Positions 20,537-29,368 of a stretch of 64,000 nt of DNA are shown here, piece by piece; position 1 is the stretch's first letter; each line of letters begins with the position of its first letter. Source of the DNA: Pyrinomonadaceae bacterium (GTDB taxonomy: Bacteria; Acidobacteriota; Blastocatellia; Pyrinomonadales; Pyrinomonadaceae); assembly GCA_044230475.1 (NCBI GenBank), contig JBGARA010000002.1:25975-89974 (forward strand), in the 5' to 3' direction. Below the pieces are notes generated by a model that made no database searches, was not told the DNA's origin, and saw nothing but the letters and a program-made list of their open reading frames with translations. A program made the translations under genes and the position numbers.

Positions 20537-22198
20537 ATGAAGAGTAGACAACTGGTGAAGAAGTTTAAGTTTTTTGCCGGATTGGCGATCTTGGCCGTCT
20601 CGGCTCTCAACATTCAGGCTCAAAACAGTTTAACGGCAGCAGACGTGCAGAGGATAATCGCTCAGGCGGTTTCCGAGGCGGTCGTATTGAACAAAAAGGT
20701 TACGGTTTCCGTGCTCGATAAGGAAGGACATGTGCTGGGAACTTTTGCTATGACCGGAGCGGCAGCGACAACCACGATCCGCGGCACGGGTCGATTAGGG
20801 CAAGGATTTGAAGGCGTCACTGTCCCATCGCGTTTTGCCTCTCTGTCTAAGGCCGGTACGGGCGCTTTGCTTTCGTCGGGCGGGAATGCATTTTCAACAC
20901 GGACCGCTTCGTTCATTATTCAGGAACATTTCCCTGCAGGTATCGACAATACGCCGGGCGGGCCGCTTTTCGGTGTACAGTTTTCGTCGCTGAAGTGTTC
21001 TGATGTTGCGATCTCAGGACTTCCCCTTGGCTTGTCCGGCGATGCGGGAGGAATACCACTTTACAAAGACGGTGTGGAAGTTGGGGGTGTAGGTGTCGAG
21101 GGCGATGGCCTTTATACAGTCGATACTAATCCGCGTGACAACGACCAGTCTTATGAAGAAAGAATAGCCGTTGCGGCGTCGCGAGGATTTGACACGCCAG
21201 CCTTAATTCGTGCCGATAATATACTTGTTGCAGGCATTCGTTTTCCATTTGCGAACATAAATGCCGCAGATTTTCCGGTTGCGACAGCTATCCCATTCGG
21301 AAGTTTACCCGGCGTGATAGATACCGATCCGGTTATGGCTGCGCCGGCGAGCGATTTTGTACCACGCATTTTGAATGGGGTAAGCGGGCAAGCCAGTATT
21401 CGCTATCCGACTATTGCGGGTTCTGCGCTGACCGCAACGGAGGTCGATCAGATACTAGGCGCGGCCGCCGCTACAGCTAATATTACGCGAGCCGCGATTC
21501 GTCAACCACTAGGTAGTAATGCAAGGGTTAATATTACCGTGGTTGATACTGACGGTAAGATTCTAGGGTTTTTCAGATTGCTCGATGCGCCGGTCTTTGG
21601 CTTTGATGTTTCGGCTCAAAAGGCTCGAACAGTCAATTTTGTCTCCAGTTCGATGGCTGGTACTAAATTAACTGTAGCGGGTTTCGGATCATACGTTACA
21701 CGAGCAAACGCGGACAATATCGGGCTAAACGGTTCGATTGCTTTCAGTGACAGAGGTTTTGGTTTTCTGAACCGCCCGATGTTTCCAGATGGAATAAATG
21801 GAACAGATGCCGGGCCGTTTAGTCGTCCTCTGGCCGATTTTAGTCCTTTTAATAATGGGCTGCAGGTCGATCTTATAAGAGATGCGGTTCTTACCATGCC
21901 CATATGTCGTGGGTCGGGAAGGGAGAAGAGGACTATGCTTCCTCCGTGTCCTTGCACAGTACTTCCTGAACTGAAGAATGGCACTCAGTTGTTTGCCGGT
22001 GGAGTTCCGCTCTACAGAGGAAATACACTTATCGGCGGCATCGGCACAAGCGGCGACGGCATTGAACAAGATGATCTGATTTCGGCCGCGGGAGCAAACC
22101 TGTTTCCGCCGCCGCAGGCAATGCGATCAGACAATTTCTTTGTTCGCAATGTTCGGCTTCCATTTGTAAAGTTTCCACCAAGACCGTTTTTGCCTTAA
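20537..22198 (+). CDS. secreted protein with two GlcG/HbpS-like (DUF336, haem-binding/degrading family) domains
   Basis: ATG 20537 gives MKSRQLVKKFKFFAGLAILAVSALNIQAQ, a signal peptide (the track starts at TTG 20516). There are two copies of the pattern LT..(D/E)V..I......A.....V...V(L/V)D..G..LG plus AGG(I/V)PLY..G..(V/I)GG(V/I)G(V/T)(E/S)GDG, characteristic of GlcG/HbpS-like proteins. Confidence 0.75.
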   Translation: MKSRQLVKKFKFFAGLAILAVSALNIQAQNSLTAADVQRIIAQAVSEAVVLNKKVTVSVLDKEGHVLGTFAMTGAAATTTIRGTGRLGQGFEGVTVPSRFASLSKAGTGALLSSGGNAFSTRTASFIIQEHFPAGIDNTPGGPLFGVQFSSLKCSDVAISGLPLGLSGDAGGIPLYKDGVEVGGVGVEGDGLYTVDTNPRDNDQSYEERIAVAASRGFDTPALIRADNILVAGIRFPFANINAADFPVATAIPFGSLPGVIDTDPVMAAPASDFVPRILNGVSGQASIRYPTIAGSALTATEVDQILGAAAATANITRAAIRQPLGSNARVNITVVDTDGKILGFFRLLDAPVFGFDVSAQKARTVNFVSSSMAGTKLTVAGFGSYVTRANADNIGLNGSIAFSDRGFGFLNRPMFPDGINGTDAGPFSRPLADFSPFNNGLQVDLIRDAVLTMPICRGSGREKRTMLPPCPCTVLPELKNGTQLFAGGVPLYRGNTLIGGIGTSGDGIEQDDLISAAGANLFPPPQAMRSDNFFVRNVRLPFVKFPPRPFLP

Positions 22199-22202
22199 AC
22201 CG

Positions 22203-22991
22203 ATGCAACGTCTTTGTTGGCATTTACTTTTCGTTCTGATCCTCTTGTTCGGTTGCGAAGAAATCTTTGCACAGGCAAGTGGCTCATTGATCGTGAATGG
22301 CCGCGCAAAAGTCGGAACAAAAACCGTGGTTCTTAAGAAAAAAAGATTCTATCTTTTTCGGGGTGACCGCGAAGCAAACAAAACATTGGTAGAACGGCTC
22401 AGAAGCGCGAAAGTGACGTCGCGCGACTGTTTTTATTGCCAGCAAAAGGTAAGCCCGGAATTTATGGCTTGGCTGAAGGCAAGTGACGGCGGCTGTGAGT
22501 CAGTTTATTGCCGCGAGATCACGCAGGAAGATATTGAACGCGTACCGGAATTTAAGACGGGTTTTGAAAAGGGAGTAAAACCCTTTGCAAAGAAGCCAGA
22601 GCTTGCGCGCAAATGGCTCGTAACAAATCTCGAGCCCGGACTTCGCACAGGATTCTACGATGCCCGAAAGGCAATGATCGACGATCTGCTGAAAGATTTA
22701 CCCGCGGAGCGGCTGCCGGTCCAATCCTCGATGACCGACAACAGCGCGGCATCATTAGCTAACTTTTCGAGTATACCTTTGACCCCTGAAGTCGAGAAAT
22801 TTATCTTTGCCAATCTGGTACCGATCGAGATCGGAGAAAGAAGCTATGTTTGGGTATGCGAAGTCGATGTCGGAAAGGATAAAAAAACGCCTATCCTGGA
22901 TGCACCGGAAACCAGCAAGGTAATCAAGAAATGTGAGGTGATAGTGCGAGACCTGCCCGTTTGTAATGCGGGAATGTGTGAACAGAAATGA
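22203..22991 (+). CDS. hypothetical secreted or lipoprotein, Cys-rich
   Basis: 262 aa. N-terminus LLFVLILLFGCEEIFAQA (possible lipobox LFGC or SPI site AQA). 10 Cys. 4 nt from the upstream stop, and its stop overlaps the next start (ATGA). Confidence 0.6.
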   Translation: MQRLCWHLLFVLILLFGCEEIFAQASGSLIVNGRAKVGTKTVVLKKKRFYLFRGDREANKTLVERLRSAKVTSRDCFYCQQKVSPEFMAWLKASDGGCESVYCREITQEDIERVPEFKTGFEKGVKPFAKKPELARKWLVTNLEPGLRTGFYDARKAMIDDLLKDLPAERLPVQSSMTDNSAASLANFSSIPLTPEVEKFIFANLVPIEIGERSYVWVCEVDVGKDKKTPILDAPETSKVIKKCEVIVRDLPVCNAGMCEQK

Positions 22992-24085
22992 AACTTTTTC
23001 TCAGACTCATTTTTGTCGGACTGGCTGTCGTGATATTTGCGGGCAGCTTAATAACACATTCCCTTGCGCAAAAAGCTACGGGTCAGAATGCCGGAAAAAC
23101 GTTTTCCCATTTCACAAAATCTCACCAATTCGCTGACTGCAAGATTTGTCACACTCTGCCGACGCGAAATTGGACATCGCCGAGAGCTGACAAAGCCGAC
23201 TCTTTTCCAGATGTGACGGATTATCCTTTCAATCTTCCCGATACAAAAGGTGCGGCAAAACATACAGCCTGTTTCGGATGTCATACAAACGATATATACA
23301 GCAAGGGTGGTGCTTTTTGTGCAGGCTGTCATTTGGCCGCCGGACCGCGTGCGAGGCCCGGAAGCGGGCTTCGACCATTTCCAAATCCTGCTCATCCCAC
23401 GCAGTTCACGACTATCTTTCCGCACGACGCCCACCAGGACATCGTGGCCTTGAACGATCGAAGAAATGATACTGCTCCGGGACATTTTGTTTTGGCAAGT
23501 TTTACCGAACCGCCCGACAACAAAAATACCGAATTCTATAATTGCTCTACGTGTCATCAGACTTCAAAAATCTTGCCAAAATATGGAACACGTAAACCGA
23601 ATACCGATCAAAAACCATTGGCGGCCGCCCCGGACCCGTTCAAACCGACCGCTGACTACTTTAAGGATGTTCCGATGAATCATGCGACGTGTTTTGCATG
23701 TCACTATCAGCGTACACAACCGATCTCAACAAATTGTTCAGGCTGCCATAAACTTGCTGACAAGCCTTATTTTGAATCCAGTGTCGTAGAAAGATATTCA
23801 TTGAAATTCAGCCACGAACAATTGGGTAAGAAATCGCAGGTTGGCGAGCGTGTTCACGCAAAAGACTGCATGACCTGTCACCTCCGTACGGCGGGCAGCT
23901 CCGATCTGCAGGCATACAAGAAAAAAAGTGAACCTGAAGTGCCGTTCTCAACATGCGTTTCGTGTCACAGCGACGATATAAAAGACCAACTGGAAAAGCG
24001 GGAAAAGGACAAGAAGTTTCAGTGCAATTATTGTCATGTATCGACTATCGGAAGATATGAGAAACCCGAAAGTCATCACGAATGA
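22988..24085 (+). CDS. nonahaem c-type cytochrome (cytochrome c3/c7-like family)
   Basis: 365 aa. Signal peptide. Nine CxxCH motifs: CKICH, CFGCH, CAGCH, CSTCH, CFACH, CSGCH, CMTCH, CVSCH, CNYCH. Confidence 0.9.
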   Translation: MKLFLRLIFVGLAVVIFAGSLITHSLAQKATGQNAGKTFSHFTKSHQFADCKICHTLPTRNWTSPRADKADSFPDVTDYPFNLPDTKGAAKHTACFGCHTNDIYSKGGAFCAGCHLAAGPRARPGSGLRPFPNPAHPTQFTTIFPHDAHQDIVALNDRRNDTAPGHFVLASFTEPPDNKNTEFYNCSTCHQTSKILPKYGTRKPNTDQKPLAAAPDPFKPTADYFKDVPMNHATCFACHYQRTQPISTNCSGCHKLADKPYFESSVVERYSLKFSHEQLGKKSQVGERVHAKDCMTCHLRTAGSSDLQAYKKKSEPEVPFSTCVSCHSDDIKDQLEKREKDKKFQCNYCHVSTIGRYEKPESHHE

Positions 24086-24990
24086 TAATGAACGCGAGTT
24101 CAAGACAAATGTTGAAGGCTGTGCTCGTCGTCGTCTGTGCTGCGCTTTTTGCGGCGTCTTGCATTCAGCAAGCGGCAAAGACGCCCGTGACACTGACCTC
24201 GGCGGAAACGCCTGATCCTATACCGCAGCGTGTTTCTGACAAGACATTCAAATCTTTTTCTCACAGCATTCCTGAGCACATACAATTTGCCTGCAATACT
24301 TGCCATCAACGCGAGACACGTGGCGTCAAAAGTGAATTTGGCGGGCACGAATCCTGCATCGGCTGTCACCTGAATCAGTTCATCGATGAGGAGCAGATGA
24401 TGTGCGCTATCTGCCACACCGATACAAAAGGGCAAGATCCGCCGGTCAAGGCTTTCCCCGCGAAATTTATCGAAGGGTTCAACATGAAATTTGATCATGC
24501 GGCTCACATTTCTATTTCCAATTGTGACGATTGCCATAAATCTTCTGGAAGAGGAAAATCGATACCCGTCGGATTTGAGGCGCATGCGAATTGTTACGGA
24601 TGCCACACCGTAGAGAACAAACCGGCAAGCGGCCAGTGCAATGTTTGCCATCAGTTGGCACCATATAATAGAACGACGCAGTCAGAATATAATTTCAAAG
24701 CAATTTTTAGCCACGCCGATCACACAGGTAAAGGAATTACCTGCAATGATTGTCACAACGTGGTTGCCGGGGTGCCGAATTCACGACAAGTAACAAACAT
24801 TCAGATCCTGGAACACCGCACCAGTCCTGGCAACAATTGCCTGCAGTGTCATAACGGCAGACGCGCTTTTACGGGCAATAATCCACTCGACGCACGCAGC
24901 TGCGCGCGTTGCCACGGCGGCTCGGTATCGCCCGTTCTGCCGCCAGGCACTTATGCCGATACCGCTGAAGAGGCTCCGGCAGAGAATTAG
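24082..24990 (+). CDS. nonahaem c-type cytochrome, probable lipoprotein
   Basis: 302 aa. N-terminus VVVCAALFAASCIQQ (lipobox-like AASC). Nine CxxCH motifs: CNTCH, CIGCH, CAICH, CDDCH, CYGCH, CNVCH, CNDCH, CLQCH, CARCH. ATGA overlap with the upstream gene. Confidence 0.9.
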   Translation: MIMNASSRQMLKAVLVVVCAALFAASCIQQAAKTPVTLTSAETPDPIPQRVSDKTFKSFSHSIPEHIQFACNTCHQRETRGVKSEFGGHESCIGCHLNQFIDEEQMMCAICHTDTKGQDPPVKAFPAKFIEGFNMKFDHAAHISISNCDDCHKSSGRGKSIPVGFEAHANCYGCHTVENKPASGQCNVCHQLAPYNRTTQSEYNFKAIFSHADHTGKGITCNDCHNVVAGVPNSRQVTNIQILEHRTSPGNNCLQCHNGRRAFTGNNPLDARSCARCHGGSVSPVLPPGTYADTAEEAPAEN

Positions 24991-25001
24991 AACAATCCAA
25001 T

Positions 25002-25568
25002 ATGATTCGATTGAACAAACTTACGGGATTCGTGTTTTGTCTTACCGTCTGTATCGTTTTTTCTTATGATATTTCCAGATTTGGCTGGACGGGCTATTCG
25101 CACGCGTCTGTTAGACAAGGATCACCTCCAACTGCAACCCCAACAGCAACTGTGACAGCGACTGAACAATCGACCGTAAAGCCGACGCCATTCAATACTC
25201 CTGTAACTGCTAATATAAAGCAGGGTCTTGACCAGCCGATGCAATCAATCAATAAGGAACTACGTGCACTCGATGAAGATGGAGAAAAGGGACCCGTCCC
25301 TTTCGATCATGACTCGCATGCCTTTAAGGCAAGTTATAGCATCGATGGGAACTCAATCGTGGCCTGTGTGGCATGTCATCATACGGACCAACCACGAACG
25401 CCCGGGCGATTATCCGAACGCCTTGTGACCCTCACATATACAGTCTGGAAAGGCTTGGAGAACTGCACTTTATGCCATGCTAGTGCAGCGGAAAGAAGAA
25501 CAGAACTAAGGAAAAAAGCGAAATTTGCCACTAGAATCAACCAACAATGCAGTGTTTGTCATGGGTAG
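25002..25568 (+). CDS. trihaem c-type cytochrome with Thr/Pro linker
   Basis: 188 aa. Signal anchor, linker PPTATPTATVTATEQSTVKPTP, then PFDHDSHAF...CVACHHTDQP, CTLCH, CSVCH. Confidence 0.85.
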   Translation: MIRLNKLTGFVFCLTVCIVFSYDISRFGWTGYSHASVRQGSPPTATPTATVTATEQSTVKPTPFNTPVTANIKQGLDQPMQSINKELRALDEDGEKGPVPFDHDSHAFKASYSIDGNSIVACVACHHTDQPRTPGRLSERLVTLTYTVWKGLENCTLCHASAAERRTELRKKAKFATRINQQCSVCHG

Positions 25569-25588
25569 AGCTATGAGTTTTTCCAAAA

Positions 25589-26407
25589 ATGTTGACTTCA
25601 GATTCAAAAGGGTTTTTAATAAGTCGTATTATGAAAAACACAGCTAAATTGATAGTGATCTCTACTTTTGCGCTCGGGGCGCTATTTGCTTTTTTGAGCA
25701 TCAATGGTCAGGTTACGATAGGCGCGGCTGGTTTTTCCGGAGTAGCAGCACAGCCGACTCCGCCAAAAAAGACAAACTCAAATTCGGTATCGGCCAACGC
25801 CAAACCGGCGGCAAATGTAAGCACGTCCGCAAACACAATGCCGGCTAATGCTTCACCAGTAAGCACAGTATCGCCCGCGGCGACATCCGCTGCGACGCCT
25901 CTAACTTCGGCGGCAAATACAGGTACCGCAACCGGTCCGACCGGCAGCGGCAAAAAGATAACTAAATCATTCACCTTGGGTGCAGACAGCCAGTCTGAAT
26001 ACGGCGAGGCTCCGTTCGATCATGATTCACATGCCTTTATGAAATACAGCCCCGATGGCAAATCAGTTATGGGCTGTGTCGAGTGCCATCATACCGATCA
26101 ACCAAAATCGGCGATGCAGCCACCATATGTGACTTCAGAACGGGATGAGGTTCTGACTTTTGAACTATGGCAAAAATCGAATCAAAAGGTTAGTAGCTGT
26201 CGCGATTGCCATTTTCAGGATGGAAATGTTCCCGACGGAAAAACTATGCCGAAATCAGGCACTAAAGATCTGAATAATCAACTTGCGTATCACATCAACT
26301 GTAACTCGTGCCATGACGCAGCCTTTAGGGCCCGGCCAGAGCTAAAATCTCACAAAGGATTTGCAACGTCGAAGGACTGCGCCGTTTGTCACAAAGTGAA
26401 TCAATAA
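25589..26407 (+). CDS. tetrahaem c-type cytochrome (c3-like) with long Ala/Ser/Thr/Pro linker
   Basis: 272 aa (the alternative ATG 25631, MKNTAKLIV..., gives a cleaner signal peptide). PFDHDSHAF...CVECHHTDQP, CRDCH, CNSCH, CAVCH. Paralogous to the preceding gene. Confidence 0.85.
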   Translation: MLTSDSKGFLISRIMKNTAKLIVISTFALGALFAFLSINGQVTIGAAGFSGVAAQPTPPKKTNSNSVSANAKPAANVSTSANTMPANASPVSTVSPAATSAATPLTSAANTGTATGPTGSGKKITKSFTLGADSQSEYGEAPFDHDSHAFMKYSPDGKSVMGCVECHHTDQPKSAMQPPYVTSERDEVLTFELWQKSNQKVSSCRDCHFQDGNVPDGKTMPKSGTKDLNNQLAYHINCNSCHDAAFRARPELKSHKGFATSKDCAVCHKVNQ

Positions 26408-26857
26408 ATGGCCTCAAGGCAATGCGAGAAATGCGGTGAAACTGTTGACGAGGCCAAGGCATTTTGCCCAGGTTGCGGCAACGCTTTTGTTCAGGAAGAG
26501 AGACGACAGGAAGCCTCGAAGTTTGAGAAATTGGATTCCACTGTCCAGTTTGGACAGACGATGTATAATCAATTGCTCGAGGATATGGGGCTGAATATTT
26601 CAGCCGCACCAAACGCGGGCGAAAAGCGCGTCGAAGTTATAGCTCCGGTCAAGACAGAAGCAGTACCACCGAAAGCTACTCCAAGTATTCTTGTGCAGCC
26701 CGCGGTAGTACCGCCGGAAAAGAAACCTGATAAAACGGCGGCTGCGAGCAATTTGAGATTGTATATCCTGATCGGCGTGGCAGTGATCTTACTTTTGCCG
26801 ATCGCCATTGCGTCCGCGATCTTGTTTGTACTTGATATCATGTCACGTCTTAAGTAA
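26408..26857 (+). CDS. zinc-ribbon protein with C-terminal transmembrane anchor
   Basis: 149 aa. CEKCGETVDEAKAFCPGCG (CxxC-x10-CxxC), a Pro/Val-rich middle and terminal helix LYILIGVAVILLLPIAIASAILFVL. ATG immediately follows the upstream TAA. Confidence 0.65.
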   Translation: MASRQCEKCGETVDEAKAFCPGCGNAFVQEERRQEASKFEKLDSTVQFGQTMYNQLLEDMGLNISAAPNAGEKRVEVIAPVKTEAVPPKATPSILVQPAVVPPEKKPDKTAAASNLRLYILIGVAVILLLPIAIASAILFVLDIMSRLK

Positions 26858-26893
26858 GCGCATCGCAACTTTTTTCGGTAACACATACTCACA

Positions 26894-29368
26894 ATGCCAC
26901 GTGTAATAGAAAATCACGAGCAGGTAATAGAGGCATTTAGACAAGTTGACATCGTATCGGAACTTGTCGAAAAGCTGCCAAACGGCGAGTTTCGTAACGA
27001 GCTCGACATGGATATCATTCTGTTTGGCCGCAGCTATCGCGGCAAACAGGTCGGCCCATATACACGTCTGCTCGAATACACTCCCGGCGAAACCATCGTT
27101 CAGGAAAAGACATGGGAAAGCAGCATCTTTTACATCCTCGTAAAAGGCAAACTCGACGCTTCTATCACAGAACAAAGCGGGAACAGAAAAATTGTTGGCT
27201 CGATCTCTGCCGGAAGCTCTTTTGGCGAAATGGCGATGCTTTCAGGAACCCCTAGAACTGCAACGGTTTCCGTGGCAGATGAGCCTGCACTCGTTTTGGA
27301 ATTTACGCGACCCGCGATTCGGTTGCTGCGCAAGCTGCCGAAATTTGGCAAGGCTCTTGACCGCAATTACCGCAGCTATGGGCAGACGCTCACGTTGAAT
27401 GAACTAAAAGATCTCGCAAACCTGGATTTTGGAAATCCTGTTATTCAGCGATTGAACGATGCCGCGCGTTTCGCTGTCTATGAAAAAGATCATGTGTTGT
27501 TTCGCGAGGGTGACCCGATCAATCGAGTGGTGTTTGTCAAAAACGGCTGGATACAGCGCGTAAGCGGCATCGAATTTAACACAAAGGCTGCTGATCTGCT
27601 GCTCGAATCGGATGAATCGGTGGGTCTCGATTTCCTTGGAGCGGGAACTTGTCTTGGGCTAGAGGCGGTTGATGGTCCGACAAATTGGAGATATACCGCA
27701 ACTGTCGCTGGACGAACGGAGGTGCTTGAAATTGCTGTCTCACGACTGCGTGAGGACAAGGAAATGGGCTCGGTGGTCGTTCCGTTTTTGAAAGGCGCGG
27801 CTGAAAACGACGACCAGATGCCGCTGCATCCGAGCGACCCTCGTGTATTGACTGCCGCAAGCCGCGAGATCGAAACCGGTGTTGTCGATGGCGTAAATCT
27901 GCTGGTGATGGACATGGCCAAATGCATACGCTGCGGCAATTGTTCGCTTGCGTGTCATCAGGTTCATGGTCACTCGCGCCTCACGCGACGCGGCATTCAC
28001 ATCGAGCGGCCATTTAAGGCAAATAAGCCGGCAACACAAAGTGTCCTTGTGCCTACCGTTTGCATGCATTGCCAGGACCCGGAATGTTTGACCGGGTGTC
28101 CGACAGGCGCGATAGCTCGATTCCCCAATGGTGAGATCGACATCAATCCAGCAACATGCATTGGTTGCGGCGATTGCGCTACGCAGTGTCCATACAACGC
28201 GATCTCGATGATCGCCCGTCCTGACCCCAAAAACAAAAACGGCAAGGGGGCGGTGTCAAATATTTTATCCGTCTTCTCGCTCGGCAAAGCAAAATTACCA
28301 AAGCGAGTGGAGCAAACCGAAAACCTACTTGCCGTAAAATGCAATCTTTGTCACGACACGGGAATGAATCCGAAGGGAGCAAAAACCGAGACATATTCGT
28401 GTCAGGAAAATTGTCCGACCGGAGCACTTGTCCGAGTAAATCCGCGAGAATATTTCGATGAGGTCAATCAGACGATCGGCCCAATGCGTCGGAGCAAAAC
28501 ACACGCGATCGGAGTCAATATTCACAAGTTCGATCTGTGGGCGACAATCTGGCACATCTTTGGAGTCGTTTTAATTTTGGCATTTGGCGGTGCGGCTGTG
28601 TGGGCAACACGGACCTTTGCTCAGGATATTCCGCTGAGCGGCGGCGGTTGGGTGACAATGCGATGGCTGACCGGATTGACCGGACTCGCGAGTATCGTAT
28701 GGGTGATGGCCTACCCGATGAGAAAGCAAGTCTATCGTCGGCGCGCCGGAGCCTTGCGATATTGGATGCTGTCGCATATCTATCTTGGCGTTCTGGCAGG
28801 AGTTTTACTGTTGGTTCATGGAGGTACAAATTCCGGCGGGTTGCTGACGACAGCTCTTATGATCTCGTTCGATCTTGTGATCGCTAGCGGTCTTTTTGGC
28901 GCAGCTTGTTACATTATCGTGCCGCGTTTTATGACGCGGATCGAACGCGAACCTCTGTTGTTGGAAGATCTCGAAGCTCGCCGCGAAGAACTTCGTGCCG
29001 AGCTAGTTCGTGCCGCCGATCAAACGGCAAATGCGGAACTGAACCAGCTTATTCAAAAGAAAGTACGCCGCCGTTTTTTGGGGCTTGGATATCTTATCCG
29101 ACAATATCTGAAGCAAGAAGATCTGCAAACCTTACTCGCTGATGCACGAGCAGAATTTCGTTCGGCGGCTGAAGGAATGAGCCGCTCTGACGATGCACGA
29201 TTAATGGAGGCGGTGGAAAATGCTGCTACCTTGCGGCGGGTCGATGCATTGTGTTACTTGCATAAATCATTAAAGCTATGGGTTCCGCCACATGTTTTGT
29301 TTACGGCGCTTATGTTGGTGCTTATGGCGATACATATAGTTCAGGTTGTCTATTTTAACGTCAGATGA
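26894..29368 (+). CDS. cyclic-nucleotide-binding (x2) / 4x[4Fe-4S] ferredoxin (NrfC/DmsB-like) / polytopic membrane domain protein
   Basis: 824 aa. cNMP signature FGEMAMLSGTPRTATVSV plus a second, degenerate CAP-like domain. Cluster motifs CIRCGNCSLAC, CMHCQDPECLTGCP, CIGCGDCATQCP and CNLC...CQENCP. About five hydrophobic helices in the last 280 aa, several carrying His. Confidence 0.85.
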   Translation: MPRVIENHEQVIEAFRQVDIVSELVEKLPNGEFRNELDMDIILFGRSYRGKQVGPYTRLLEYTPGETIVQEKTWESSIFYILVKGKLDASITEQSGNRKIVGSISAGSSFGEMAMLSGTPRTATVSVADEPALVLEFTRPAIRLLRKLPKFGKALDRNYRSYGQTLTLNELKDLANLDFGNPVIQRLNDAARFAVYEKDHVLFREGDPINRVVFVKNGWIQRVSGIEFNTKAADLLLESDESVGLDFLGAGTCLGLEAVDGPTNWRYTATVAGRTEVLEIAVSRLREDKEMGSVVVPFLKGAAENDDQMPLHPSDPRVLTAASREIETGVVDGVNLLVMDMAKCIRCGNCSLACHQVHGHSRLTRRGIHIERPFKANKPATQSVLVPTVCMHCQDPECLTGCPTGAIARFPNGEIDINPATCIGCGDCATQCPYNAISMIARPDPKNKNGKGAVSNILSVFSLGKAKLPKRVEQTENLLAVKCNLCHDTGMNPKGAKTETYSCQENCPTGALVRVNPREYFDEVNQTIGPMRRSKTHAIGVNIHKFDLWATIWHIFGVVLILAFGGAAVWATRTFAQDIPLSGGGWVTMRWLTGLTGLASIVWVMAYPMRKQVYRRRAGALRYWMLSHIYLGVLAGVLLLVHGGTNSGGLLTTALMISFDLVIASGLFGAACYIIVPRFMTRIEREPLLLEDLEARREELRAELVRAADQTANAELNQLIQKKVRRRFLGLGYLIRQYLKQEDLQTLLADARAEFRSAAEGMSRSDDARLMEAVENAATLRRVDALCYLHKSLKLWVPPHVLFTALMLVLMAIHIVQVVYFNVR

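Noticed and set aside
23048-24651. Minus-strand ORFs 23048..23557 (169 aa) and 24100..24651 (183 aa)
   Set aside because: They are antisense to the two nonahaem cytochrome genes, with Arg/Ser-rich products and no signal or motif.
27490-28887. A stack of minus- and plus-strand ORFs within 26894..29368
   Set aside because: They overlap an 824-aa ORF with clear cNMP and FeS motifs. They are typical shadow ORFs of a moderately GC-rich gene.
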